Positions 40,129 through 49,552 of a stretch of DNA of 64,000 nucleotides are shown piece by piece (position 1 is the first letter of the stretch; each line of letters begins with the position of its first letter). Both the position numbers and the translations under genes were made by a program. Under the pieces are notes generated by a model that was not told where the DNA came from, ran no database searches, and was given only the letters and a program-made list of their open reading frames with translations. The stretch lies in IMG/VR virus record IMGVR_UViG_3300037493_003260, positions 1 to 64,000 of that record, one strand, 5' to 3'. The DNA comes from a virus.

Positions 40129-42930
40129 CTATTTAGTTTCTGCCCATACTCTAACGAGTCGAGCTAATTTGATTTTTTTGCTTAACTGGTCAATGCGTGC
40201 CATTTGAAAACTACGCTTAAGTGCATCTTTTAGTCCAGCTTTTCCCAGTGCTGCCATAGCACCAACATTTGTAGATGAACCAGATAAATACCGAAATAAA
40301 ACAATACCTGCAACAGTGCCAAACGCTTGCCAACCAATGTCGGCGATTGTGTCACCTGCAGCACGAGCTAAGCTGCGTCCCGCACGTCCCGCCGTCTGCA
40401 CTGCTATATCCTTCACAGCTCTGGGCAGAACTAAAGCGGCCTCTGATACCTGGCTGTGTGGTTTCTCTGTTGGCTTTTGTGCACCGCCAGGTTTCTGTGC
40501 TCCCGTAGGTTTTGGCCTGCCTCCAAGAGGAACACCCTCGCCAGCCCAACGTTCACGGGCGGCTTCTGCATGACCCTGTGGGTCACCACGCCAGCCACGC
40601 TGGCCTGACCCACCAATGCCAAAAAAACCCTTGTTGATGTCCTGGACTGTATCCGCTTTTTCTGAAAAAGTCGAAGCTGGCTCAGTCAGTTCTCTTTCGG
40701 CTGTTCCTGTACCAGGCGTACGTTCAGGCCCTTGTGGTTTCTTTCGCTGACGCTGCGGGTCATCCGTAGAAGTTTGGTCTTCTGGTAACTCATCGTCAGT
40801 TTCTACAGCCTCAGCTTCAGAATCATCGGCAGCCTCCGTGGGTTGCTCGGCTTCTGGAGATTGTGCTGTGTCACCTTGCAGAGTGGACAACAATTCTTCT
40901 ACTTTTGCTTGAAGAGGTTGAATGATTGCTTGCATCTCATCTTCACTTAAAAGCTGCTGGTCTCTTGCAAGTAATTCCAAATCTTTGAGTGCTCCATGCA
41001 GGGCAACCAAGGAATCATCGACAGACTGGACTTGTGCAATGGATTCCTGGGTGTTTGCTTGGGCTAAATCTTCCGTGGGTTTCTCGACACGGTACACTTT
41101 TGCTAAGCCACGAGAAACGACCAAAGCAGCTGCTTTAGAAAAAGTGCATAATGCCTTCTTATATAGAATGTCCTTCCCCGCCTTTAAATGGTCTTCTACA
41201 ATTTGATTGATAGCTTCATCCGTAAGGTCAGGATGTTCAGCCCGTTCGACGTTAAACATGGCCGTGCGATTTGGAATCATGTCTACGTCTACGATTTCGT
41301 TTTCCTCAGGTTTTTCTGATGTTTTCATAAGGTCTTCCGCTTTCATTCCTTTAGCGTATTCTTTTCGCCACTCGCCTAAAGTTTTTTCACTTGATAAATT
41401 TCTGAACGGTTCTTTAACGCCAAATACCAGGTCGTCTGGAAAATTTTTATTTCGCAAAATGGAATCAAAAGTATCAGCATAATTTCTGGAAGCCGACCCT
41501 TTTGCGTGTTCCATTTCTGTAGACCAATTCCAAAGATTAAGTTTTCCTGGCCCGCTAAGTGTAGGGCTATATGTCATCCGTGCCCAGCGGGTGTCCATGT
41601 CTCCCTGAACCTTTGCTCCATAGTAGTCCACTAGTTGAACAAAAATATCAGAATGTTCTCTGCTAGCAGCACCAACACCGTAGTAGCCGTTTGTACGATT
41701 ATAAAGAATTGCCATTTGGCCAGGAGTAGCCCCCCGTCTAGTGGCATCCCCAACTTCTTTTAGAACGTCTAATCCAAACCCCTCGTCGTGCAGAGCTGGC
41801 TTCCAACTGTGTGGAGCATATTCGTACCGTTCTCGTACTGTGTCAACAAATTTTGCTTGCCCAATCGTGGACGCATTAACAGGAATGTCTTTGCCAGCCA
41901 CGCTATCGTAAATTGCAAGTTGCTTATGCTTTTCTGCAGCCAGTAGGGCTTGATAACGATTGTTATGGGGAACCGATATGTCTAAATGAACCTTGCCCGT
42001 TTCTTTATTATGCCAGGTTCCGAGATAATTTCCTGGTTGTGCCAGGGTTGCTTTATTCTGCTTGATGTAACCATCCACACTGTGTGCAGTAAAGTTTTTT
42101 ATAGGTATAACTTTTTCCTGTGCTTTAAACGGAGAAAACATGTATCGTGCCACGGGGACTTCGCCTGCCATGGAAACCGTGTGGCCACCATTTGCAAGCG
42201 TAGTAGCGTAAGCAGAACGTCCTACGCCGCTGGCTGGAAACCGTGCAGTCACATTTTTGGCAGCGTTTGCTATCAATCCCCTGACAGCTGTACTTCTTAA
42301 AGCAGCGATTCCACCAGCGGCAATTGCCACGATGGCCGCCGTCTTGACAGCGGTTTTTAAACCGTCATGCAAATCTGTTTTGGAACGAGGAGCTGCTGGT
42401 TCATCGACTTCAGGGCCAGGACTGTCACCACGTAATGCGGCTGCTCTGGCGTGTCCTTCAGGGTCACCAAACCAAGCCTTTGCTAAATTTTTTGCAACCT
42501 GGTTACCTTCAAGATATTCAAGCATTCTTCGCTGGGTTTGAATGCCTTCTCTGGTATCAGATTCTCCAACTTTACGATTATCACCAGTGTACAGCACCCA
42601 CTTGTCACCTTCAGTGCGAATCCAATTGCCTCCAGCATCCCGACGTTTCTTTTCAACTTCTTCTTTAGGGGCTTTGGTATCTAGGCCACGTTCGTCTGAC
42701 ATGATAACTGGCACATCTGTGTGCCCAAGTTCTTTTAAAGCAAAAAACCGATGGTGTCCATCGGTTATCATCTTCCCTGGTTTTCCGTCGTTGTCTACTT
42801 CTGAGTAGACTATCGGGTAAACTTTGCCTGTTCGCTGGATTTCGGCTTTGATGTGGGAAACCTTTACAGGGTCGATGTCCCTGTTGTAAGGATTAGTGAG
42901 AAGGTCTTCTATTTTGCAAGTTTCAGTCAT
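40129..42930 (-). CDS. Large multidomain protein with N-terminal ParB/Srx-like domain
   Basis: PIV..ITDGHHR..A..LG..VPV; two W.GDP.GHA.AA motifs; acidic linkers; hydrophobic segments. Confidence 0.75.
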   Translation of the reverse strand: MTETCKIEDLLTNPYNRDIDPVKVSHIKAEIQRTGKVYPIVYSEVDNDGKPGKMITDGHHRFFALKELGHTDVPVIMSDERGLDTKAPKEEVEKKRRDAGGNWIRTEGDKWVLYTGDNRKVGESDTREGIQTQRRMLEYLEGNQVAKNLAKAWFGDPEGHARAAALRGDSPGPEVDEPAAPRSKTDLHDGLKTAVKTAAIVAIAAGGIAALRSTAVRGLIANAAKNVTARFPASGVGRSAYATTLANGGHTVSMAGEVPVARYMFSPFKAQEKVIPIKNFTAHSVDGYIKQNKATLAQPGNYLGTWHNKETGKVHLDISVPHNNRYQALLAAEKHKQLAIYDSVAGKDIPVNASTIGQAKFVDTVRERYEYAPHSWKPALHDEGFGLDVLKEVGDATRRGATPGQMAILYNRTNGYYGVGAASREHSDIFVQLVDYYGAKVQGDMDTRWARMTYSPTLSGPGKLNLWNWSTEMEHAKGSASRNYADTFDSILRNKNFPDDLVFGVKEPFRNLSSEKTLGEWRKEYAKGMKAEDLMKTSEKPEENEIVDVDMIPNRTAMFNVERAEHPDLTDEAINQIVEDHLKAGKDILYKKALCTFSKAAALVVSRGLAKVYRVEKPTEDLAQANTQESIAQVQSVDDSLVALHGALKDLELLARDQQLLSEDEMQAIIQPLQAKVEELLSTLQGDTAQSPEAEQPTEAADDSEAEAVETDDELPEDQTSTDDPQRQRKKPQGPERTPGTGTAERELTEPASTFSEKADTVQDINKGFFGIGGSGQRGWRGDPQGHAEAARERWAGEGVPLGGRPKPTGAQKPGGAQKPTEKPHSQVSEAALVLPRAVKDIAVQTAGRAGRSLARAAGDTIADIGWQAFGTVAGIVLFRYLSGSSTNVGAMAALGKAGLKDALKRSFQMARIDQLSKKIKLARLVRVWAETK

Positions 42931-42950
42931 GGGATTTTGTCTTCTAAAAA

Positions 42951-43184
42951 TTAGGCTAACGGGATAGCGGACCCGCTGGTATTTCCAGACATATTAATTC
43001 GTTGCTTGCCCTCGCCATGGAGACCAGAGAGACACTCTGGATAAGTATACACAACGGGATTTGGCGCAAGGCCCTTGTACGGTGGTGAAAGCAAATTATT
43101 GATGGTCACTACGTTTGCAGCGGTAGGATTTTTATGCCGATTTAAAAGGCCCATTAGATTTCTTAAAGCGTCAATTTTGTTCAT
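42951..43184 (-). CDS. Hypothetical protein
   Basis: Tiled ORF, ATGA overlap. Confidence 0.55.
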   Translation of the reverse strand: MNKIDALRNLMGLLNRHKNPTAANVVTINNLLSPPYKGLAPNPVVYTYPECLSGLHGEGKQRINMSGNTSGSAIPLA

Positions 43185-43384
43185 AAAGTTGTTTGAACCT
43201 GTCCGATAATATTTTGTTTTGTAACTTTGTCCTGGATTGTAGAAAATTGGTAGCCCGACCGTGTTTGATTACAAACAGGGGCGATAAGAAGAAACCCTTC
43301 TTTATCTGAGCCACTGATTTTTCCAATCTTGGTAATGCCCCCAGCTGTGTAACGCACGACCTTGCCAATGGCCAGCGGTGACAC
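43181..43384 (-). CDS. Hypothetical protein (SH3/KOW-like beta pattern); start uncertain
   Basis: IGKVVRY..GKI.G; frame stays open ~30 codons further upstream without ATG. Confidence 0.5.
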   Translation of the reverse strand: MSPLAIGKVVRYTAGGITKIGKISGSDKEGFLLIAPVCNQTRSGYQFSTIQDKVTKQNIIGQVQTTL

Positions 43385-43551
43385 TACTTCAGGGGCCTTG
43401 GTTCCGAGTACTTTGCGGCATTCGTCGTCTGTTATTGGTATCCAATTTCCAGGAGTTCCTAAATATTTTTGTCCGATGGGAAGTTACCTAGCACTTTCTA
43501 AAGAATTTAATTTATAAAAACAAATCCTGCAAGAGTAGTATGTATAAAATA

Positions 43552-43737
43552 TTATATTCTCTTAGCAGGACGTTTGGCCCTCTCCACGTGGATTTTTGTA
43601 GTAGGCCCTTTGTAATATTCGGTCTCGGTTTTTCTTAAACAATGCCCACAGTATTCCACAAGAATCTCATGGCCGTCGCTTGTCAGACGGATAGTTGTTT
43701 GCACTGAGTATGTTATCCCGCACCAATCACACCACAT
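43552..43737 (-). CDS. Small zinc-ribbon protein
   Basis: CDWC..CGHC; AGAGGG SD. Confidence 0.6.
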   Translation of the reverse strand: MWCDWCGITYSVQTTIRLTSDGHEILVEYCGHCLRKTETEYYKGPTTKIHVERAKRPAKRI

Positions 43738-43753
43738 AGGAGTTAGACCCTCT

Positions 43754-44281
43754 CTATTGAAATTTATTGTATTTTTGATGATTTAAAATTGCAGGAATAA
43801 TTTGCAAATTCCATGGAACATGCAAACCGCAAACAAGGCTATTTTTAAGCGGGACGATATGGTCCACGTGATGCAAAATTCCTGTACTTTTAGTCATTTC
43901 TTTACAACGAAGGTAAACAGCTTTTAATTCGTCACTGTTAACCCAGAAAGGTTTGGCGTGCCGTTTGGCAGCTCGGCGACTTGCATGATGAGCATTCATA
44001 ATGCCCAAGTTAGCTTTTCGCCAAGCTTTATTATAGGCTAAAACTTTGCCTTTATTGGCCAAATAGTGCTTGTGCACTTTTGCACGACCTTGTTCTGGAT
44101 GTGTTTTAGAATAATGAGAAACAACTAACTTGTAATGCTCAGAATTTTTAGACTGCCAGGGTCGTACATATTTAGAACTGTGACAGCTTTTGCAATGCGA
44201 ATAAAGTCCGTCTTTTGCTCTACTGTCTTTATAAAAGTCGAGTTTGCTGAAGAAACTCTTGCAAGTTGCACACTGCTTCAT
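43754..44281 (-). CDS. Free-standing HNH endonuclease
   Basis: HVDHIVPL..VCGLHVPWNLQII...N..K.N. Confidence 0.9.
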   Translation of the reverse strand: MKQCATCKSFFSKLDFYKDSRAKDGLYSHCKSCHSSKYVRPWQSKNSEHYKLVVSHYSKTHPEQGRAKVHKHYLANKGKVLAYNKAWRKANLGIMNAHHASRRAAKRHAKPFWVNSDELKAVYLRCKEMTKSTGILHHVDHIVPLKNSLVCGLHVPWNLQIIPAILNHQKYNKFQ

Positions 44282-46965
44282 ACTTTTTTACCATAGAATG
44301 TTAAGTGGCTTTTTTCATCATCATCAGGCCTACGAAAGCCGTTGCTGTTTGCTAACCGTGTGGTTCCTGCAACCCCTGCGCTAAACTGTGCTTTGGCATT
44401 TTTGATGCACAAATTGACAACAGCGGCAACTGCATCTGCAAGGTCCTTGCTTCCTTCTTTGCGACCTTCTTCAAGTGACCTTCGATAAGACATCTCTGGA
44501 TGGTCCACTTTGCCGTTTGGTTTTCGGATGAGTTCTTCGCACTCGCGAATGAAAACTGGGTGGTGATAAATGTCAAGCAAACCTTTGTAGATTTGTTCTT
44601 TCAAGGTGTCGTAGGCTTCGGTACTTCTGTCAACTGATTGTACCTCGGCAGGGATACCTTGCTTAATTAAAAGCTGCACGCTGTCAACAGAGTTGTGAAC
44701 AAAGATACCAGCAGACAAAGCAAAATTATGTGTGGCTGGAACTTCGATGTCGTATACGTCTTCATACCCAGCAAACTCAACAGAGACAACTTTATGGTTG
44801 TTGGCACCGCACTTAGTTTTGCTAATTTTATCCTTGGTTTCTTGGCTTCGTTTTTTGCCCGTCCAATAACCAGGATTGCCCTTGTGAGCATCAGACATCT
44901 TCTTGGCATACACGGGGTCTTGCCAAAGTTTTTTAATGCTAGCACTAATCTTTTTTGCATTGGCAGCATCGGGCGGCTTTAACAGTGCTGGGAGATTAAA
45001 CTTTTTGTTTCTCTCAGCCATCAACTGTGCTTGCCGTTTGCGTTCACCAGGAATGGCCCAACGTTTTTCACTAAGGGCTTTGTGTAGTGCTACGTGTTTC
45101 TTTACGTGAATATAGACCAAGTTTTCTGGGCTATTGTTTAAAGGGTTAAAATCTTTATGATGAACAACAAAATCTTTTGGCTTAGGACCATAGCAGGTAG
45201 CAGCAACTACGTTATGCGTAAAATCCCAGGTTTTAGTCTCAGCATTATAAATCTGTTCATACTGTCGGACAGAGCCATCCTTACGCTTGTAAGGCTTCAC
45301 GTATTTTGTATACAAAGGCATTAAACTGTCACCAGGCTGTAAAAACTGCACCTGTCTGTAGGTGCCATCACGCATGAGTATCGGGTGGTCTGGAGTAAAT
45401 TCAACAGTCTCGCCGCTATCCAAAGTTACACGGTATACGGGAACTTTGGTACCAGTTTTTCTTACAGGCTTACAAAGTGCTGGAACAATGCATCCAGCCT
45501 TTAAATCGTAAGAATATATCCACGTTTCCTTGGTAAGTTCGTCTATTCGTAAGTCGTTACCATTCAACAACTTAACCTTGTTGCTTCCTAAAGTACATTG
45601 CCAGCCATCATACGTAACCATTTTAATATTAAAGCCACTTTTATAAAGACCTTGTATAAACTGACGAAATTCATCAAAAATAATCTCTTGTCCAGGACGT
45701 GCTCGGACCTGCATCATAAAATCAATGACTGCAGCAGGCTGCTTCTGTGTACTAATATTTGCAGTTGAAAGTCCCTCAGCTTTAGTCAATTCTTTTATGT
45801 AGTCGTCGCTGAGATTGATACTCTTATTACGAGTAAAGTGCCCCATGGCAATGCCCGAATAGTCACCAGATTCTTTGCCTTTGGCCAAGTCAATGTGTAT
45901 AAAATAAGGCTGATTCTTAATCGGTCTAAAGAAATCCTTGAATTTCAATTTTAAAATGTCGTTTGTCCAAATGGCATCTCCTTCAACAGGAGACACACGA
46001 TTGGGGTTTATGATGTCCTTGATGCGAGATTTGTATTTAAAATAGCCCTCAGCGGCTGTTGAACCCTCACACTCGTAGATACGCTTTGCGTCTTCAGGAC
46101 TCTTTAAATAGTCATCTGCGAAGTCAGCCTTGGTACGTTTAACATTCCAAACCCACGTTGGGGCTTTCACGCGAAAGGTCTTTGCTTCCTTCTCTGCCTG
46201 CTGATAACGAATCATCATAAAATCGTTGTCGTCACGTTTGTATGATATCAACATCGTTTTACGATTAGAACCAAAGCGCGTTTTTTGAGTGGAGACAAGG
46301 GCTGTGTAGAGCTTGTCGGCCTTGCCTGGGTCAAAACCCCCCACTTCGTCGAAGATGGCCAGAAGAATATTTAAGCCTTCGCCAGTGTACTCTTCGCTAT
46401 CCAGTGAATAAGCCGTGATAGCCTTCGGAAATTTGATTTCACGCGTTTGAATGTCTGCTTTAAGGTCAAGACCGTGTTCCTCAAACCAGTTCTTTTTGGT
46501 TTTTGGATTTCTGCAAACGCGAATCATAGCAATAAGATTTTTAAAGAACACGTCTTTGGCAAGTCGTGCGTTTAGAGAAACGTTAGCTAAGTCGATTGCG
46601 GACTCAGGGGCATCCTCGGAGTTGTTATTGATGCCTAGCATTTTCTGCGGATTTCTCATGCACAGCAATTTATACACACAGTAAAGAAAGACCTTACAAA
46701 TCGTTCGGTCCTTCCCACCCCCCTTGCCCACCAATGCAATACCCTCGTCATATGTGGCATCCCATATCAGTGGGTCAGTGCCAAGCATGGCCTCCACGAA
46801 TTTCTGCTGCTCTGGATAACAAGGCTCGTGCAAAAACTTTTCAAAGAAGACCGAAGGTGAAACTGGAATCTCTTCCCAAGTGTCATCAGTGCGGCGCAAT
46901 GATTTGCTAGCAGCTGACGCTGCATTTTTTACCAGTTCAAAATCACTATTGTCCTGGAGTGACAT
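44278..46965 (-). CDS. terL: Terminase large subunit containing an intein
   Basis: Walker A GKGGGKD, Walker B AIFDE, nuclease HIDLA..D..YDGWQ|S..KDLADAVA. Confidence 0.93.
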   Translation of the reverse strand: MSLQDNSDFELVKNAASAASKSLRRTDDTWEEIPVSPSVFFEKFLHEPCYPEQQKFVEAMLGTDPLIWDATYDEGIALVGKGGGKDRTICKVFLYCVYKLLCMRNPQKMLGINNNSEDAPESAIDLANVSLNARLAKDVFFKNLIAMIRVCRNPKTKKNWFEEHGLDLKADIQTREIKFPKAITAYSLDSEEYTGEGLNILLAIFDEVGGFDPGKADKLYTALVSTQKTRFGSNRKTMLISYKRDDNDFMMIRYQQAEKEAKTFRVKAPTWVWNVKRTKADFADDYLKSPEDAKRIYECEGSTAAEGYFKYKSRIKDIINPNRVSPVEGDAIWTNDILKLKFKDFFRPIKNQPYFIHIDLAKGKESGDYSGIAMGHFTRNKSINLSDDYIKELTKAEGLSTANISTQKQPAAVIDFMMQVRARPGQEIIFDEFRQFIQGLYKSGFNIKMVTYDGWQCTLGSNKVKLLNGNDLRIDELTKETWIYSYDLKAGCIVPALCKPVRKTGTKVPVYRVTLDSGETVEFTPDHPILMRDGTYRQVQFLQPGDSLMPLYTKYVKPYKRKDGSVRQYEQIYNAETKTWDFTHNVVAATCYGPKPKDFVVHHKDFNPLNNSPENLVYIHVKKHVALHKALSEKRWAIPGERKRQAQLMAERNKKFNLPALLKPPDAANAKKISASIKKLWQDPVYAKKMSDAHKGNPGYWTGKKRSQETKDKISKTKCGANNHKVVSVEFAGYEDVYDIEVPATHNFALSAGIFVHNSVDSVQLLIKQGIPAEVQSVDRSTEAYDTLKEQIYKGLLDIYHHPVFIRECEELIRKPNGKVDHPEMSYRRSLEEGRKEGSKDLADAVAAVVNLCIKNAKAQFSAGVAGTTRLANSNGFRRPDDDEKSHLTFYGKKV
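44692..45597 (-). mobile_element. Intein (302 aa) with HNH and NUMOD3-like domains in TerL
   Basis: WQ|CTLGS..TPDHP..VHHKDFNPLNN.PENL..GKKRSQETKDKIS..VYDIEV..FVHN|S. Confidence 0.93.
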
Positions 46966-47569
46966 CTTTTAGCTCTGGTAATTGCAAATTTTCCAAATCG
47001 TCGGCAATCCGATTAAGCAGGTCCCCATCCTGAATATGCTTTTTAAGTATGTTGTTTATTTGTGTAACGTAAAGTACAAATACGTTGTTAGTAATTTGTG
47101 TCTTTGGAGTACTTCGACTATCTAACTTGGCTTTTATTTCTAGCATCTTTGCCAGAGCATCGGTAAACTTCTTTAGGTCAGCTGGATTGGGAAGTTTATG
47201 CTCTTGGTCATTGCACGTTTTCATGTAACGATAAAAAACAGACCGCAGCATCGTAATTTCGTTATCGACAATTGCGATAGAAGATGGGTCTGATTCAACA
47301 ATAGTTTCAAGCCGTTTAAGAATATCGTTTTCGTCAAACTCTGTTGGAGAAAAAGCAATCCGTGGCCTACCTAAACTTGCACCGCCGTGTTCACGACAAC
47401 GCCCTGTTCCAATGTGGTCAGTGCCCTCGCCCGCAGGCCGAACGCAATAGCCATCTTTATAGCGAAGCCGTGCATTGCACAATTGGCCAGGCTCTTTTTT
47501 GACAGGGAGTAATTTACCAGTCTCGGTTACGTCTATTTTGAGGCGTGATTTTTTAGAGTGGGTAGTCAT
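46946..47569 (-). CDS. Putative terminase small subunit
   Basis: C.A..C..GRCREHGGAS (HGGxSTG-type zinc motif) plus helical body, directly upstream of TerL; start reset to MTTHSK. Confidence 0.7.
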   Translation of the reverse strand: MTTHSKKSRLKIDVTETGKLLPVKKEPGQLCNARLRYKDGYCVRPAGEGTDHIGTGRCREHGGASLGRPRIAFSPTEFDENDILKRLETIVESDPSSIAIVDNEITMLRSVFYRYMKTCNDQEHKLPNPADLKKFTDALAKMLEIKAKLDSRSTPKTQITNNVFVLYVTQINNILKKHIQDGDLLNRIADDLENLQLPELKDVTPGQ

Positions 47570-47675
47570 AGGGAGTGTGCCAAAAGGATACAGTGTAGAG
47601 GGGAGAGGCAAAAAAGACGAGAATAGTCCTTCCATGTATAGTAGTACCAAACAGGCTAAAAAACAAGTAGCAGCA

Positions 47676-48107
47676 TTAAAATAGTTTGTCTTTCCTGTAG
47701 GAAACGACTCGTTTACAGTGCTGTAAAAACTGTTCGGTAGTCAAACTAGCCTTTGCTATATTGCATGTACGGCAGCAAGACCTGCAGTTTTCTGGAGTGT
47801 ATCCTAGGGTGCTATCAATTCTATCTATGCCATAGTTGTCATTAGGAGTACCACAATAGCTGCAAGGTTGGCTTCCTATGGATATGAACTGTACTTTTGT
47901 GAGTAACCAGGTGAGCTTTCTACTGGTAGCCCCTGATTTCACACGACCGTAACGCTGGTTTTGCTGCGGGGTCAGGGGCATCGGAAGGCCTAGTAGCGCA
48001 TTGCGAACACAGTGTTTGCATGTTTTAGGATTGCTGTTCTGATACTGTTCCGAAATGGGGTAATATCCACTGCAAGTTTTACAGCGAAATCTAGCACTAT
48101 TGGGCAT
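47676..48107 (-). CDS. Free-standing HNH-like endonuclease
   Basis: CSYCG..GIDRIDS..GY..N..CC..CN. Confidence 0.85.
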   Translation of the reverse strand: MPNSARFRCKTCSGYYPISEQYQNSNPKTCKHCVRNALLGLPMPLTPQQNQRYGRVKSGATSRKLTWLLTKVQFISIGSQPCSYCGTPNDNYGIDRIDSTLGYTPENCRSCCRTCNIAKASLTTEQFLQHCKRVVSYRKDKLF

Positions 48108-48110
48108 AGT

Positions 48111-48488
48111 CTAAGGTTTAGGAGTTTTTTTCGCTGAAAAAAGTTGCTTCTGGATAGCCTTGATTGCCCTGGTCTTTAAATCGTGAACTCCTTGCTGTGT
48201 AATACTAAATTTTTCAGCAATTTGCAGTTCTGTAGATGGCTCGTCATCCCCAAGACCAAATGTCATTGAAAGGACTTGCTGCTGCCGTGGAGTAAGTTTT
48301 TCTATAGCTTCATATACGCTGTCAAGCGCATCGAGTTGATAGGGACTCAGGTTTGACTCTGATGAATTGCTTAGAGAACACATCTTGTCAACCAATTCTT
48401 TTTCAAAGGCGTTTAAAGATTTGTAGCCCCCCGCCCTGCGTTCAAGCGAGTTAAAATCGACTGAATAAATTTTAGACTTTCGTGCCAT
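48111..48488 (-). CDS. Sigma70 region-4-like HTH transcription regulator
   Basis: LTPRQQQVL..FGL..T..QIA..F.IT...V...RA; start reset to MARKSK after AAGGAG. Confidence 0.8.
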   Translation of the reverse strand: MARKSKIYSVDFNSLERRAGGYKSLNAFEKELVDKMCSLSNSSESNLSPYQLDALDSVYEAIEKLTPRQQQVLSMTFGLGDDEPSTELQIAEKFSITQQGVHDLKTRAIKAIQKQLFSAKKTPKP

Positions 48489-49017
48489 TGCCCGTGTCTC
48501 CCTTTCTCCAGGTATCTGTCTTGTGCTCTTCCTGCTTGTCCCAGCCGTCCAATACCCAAAGGCTGGAGCAGAGCGAGCAAATTTCAAGAAAGCTTTCCTC
48601 TGCAATGTTGACTCTCAAATCCATCAGCAGTTCATATATTCGTGCCAGGTACCCCTCACGCTCACATCCCCGTACGGATTCCTCGTTGTACCTCCGCAGT
48701 TTTTCAACGAAGACTGGAAAAAACTCTGTCTTGGTTGCCACGGTTGTGCATTTCATTTCAGCGGTACCCCCTGGGCTAAGGTGATAGCCCCGCTTCAGCC
48801 AGTTGATGTACTGGTAGCAGCCAATTTTCAATAAGTCTTTTTCGAGGGTCATATTACGGTATCGCTTCACGTACTTTGCTTGTGTGCCAATCAGCCAATT
48901 CCAACCGAAGTCTTCCACCAGTTCGTCAGTGGCTTCCTTCCCTGCATTCGTGGAAGCATACTTCACGCCGCCGTACTCAAATTGATTTCTAAGTAAATCA
49001 ATAAACGTAACACTCAT
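48472..49017 (-). CDS. All-alpha protein resembling phage nucleotide-associated domains (DUF3310/DUF5664-like)
   Basis: YGGVKY..NWL.G..KY..RY..DLLK...Y pattern; weak. Confidence 0.4.
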   Translation of the reverse strand: MSVTFIDLLRNQFEYGGVKYASTNAGKEATDELVEDFGWNWLIGTQAKYVKRYRNMTLEKDLLKIGCYQYINWLKRGYHLSPGGTAEMKCTTVATKTEFFPVFVEKLRRYNEESVRGCEREGYLARIYELLMDLRVNIAEESFLEICSLCSSLWVLDGWDKQEEHKTDTWRKGDTGNGTKV

Positions 49018-49541
49018 TTTGGAACTCCTCTATGGTTTAATTTGTGCATTTTATCCTTTAATCGTAATTTAAATTTACCAAGCTGCTTGTGTTTAATAGA
49101 CTTCATTCCCCACAGTTTTCCTTGCAATAAGAGTTGTTCATAATCGAATAAAACAGCCACCTGAGCTTTTTTAATTACAAGATACGGATAAATAGCCTTA
49201 GCAAGGAACAGGGCCTGCTGGTATTGAATTTCCAAATGGTAAATTGTTTTTCTAAACTTGTAATTAAATCCAGGCCCTTCGTAGTATTTACGAACTGTGT
49301 TTTTTGATAAATTATGCTTATTAATGTATCCCCCGAATATCTTGTGCAAGAGTTTGATTATCTTTAGATTTGTATTCGTTACTACAATAAGAGGCACCAC
49401 AGCTACATGCCGTTTGCCAGAACTCCCTAAAGAACTCTTTTTTGTCAACGTGATGCATCCGTCACCATCAATAAAACCCGCAGTATATGCTAGAAAATTA
49501 TCGGAGACCCCATGCGTTCTATCAATAAAAGTTTTTGTCAT
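49014..49541 (-). CDS. Free-standing single-motif LAGLIDADG endonuclease
   Basis: AYTAGFIDGDGCI..NTN..FGG..PYL.IKK.Q. Confidence 0.88.
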   Translation of the reverse strand: MTKTFIDRTHGVSDNFLAYTAGFIDGDGCITLTKKSSLGSSGKRHVAVVPLIVVTNTNLKIIKLLHKIFGGYINKHNLSKNTVRKYYEGPGFNYKFRKTIYHLEIQYQQALFLAKAIYPYLVIKKAQVAVLFDYEQLLLQGKLWGMKSIKHKQLGKFKLRLKDKMHKLNHRGVPK

Positions 49542-49552
49542 GCAGTTTCTCC

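Noticed and set aside
42951-43184. Similarity of KGLAPNPVVYTY to capsid KGGLPTATQPSYVY as a third capsid mimic
   Set aside because: Too short and gapped to distinguish from chance
43384-43485. Upstream extension of 43181..43384 from a non-canonical start
   Set aside because: The frame is open but has no ATG/GTG/TTG or convincing SD, so it cannot be supported
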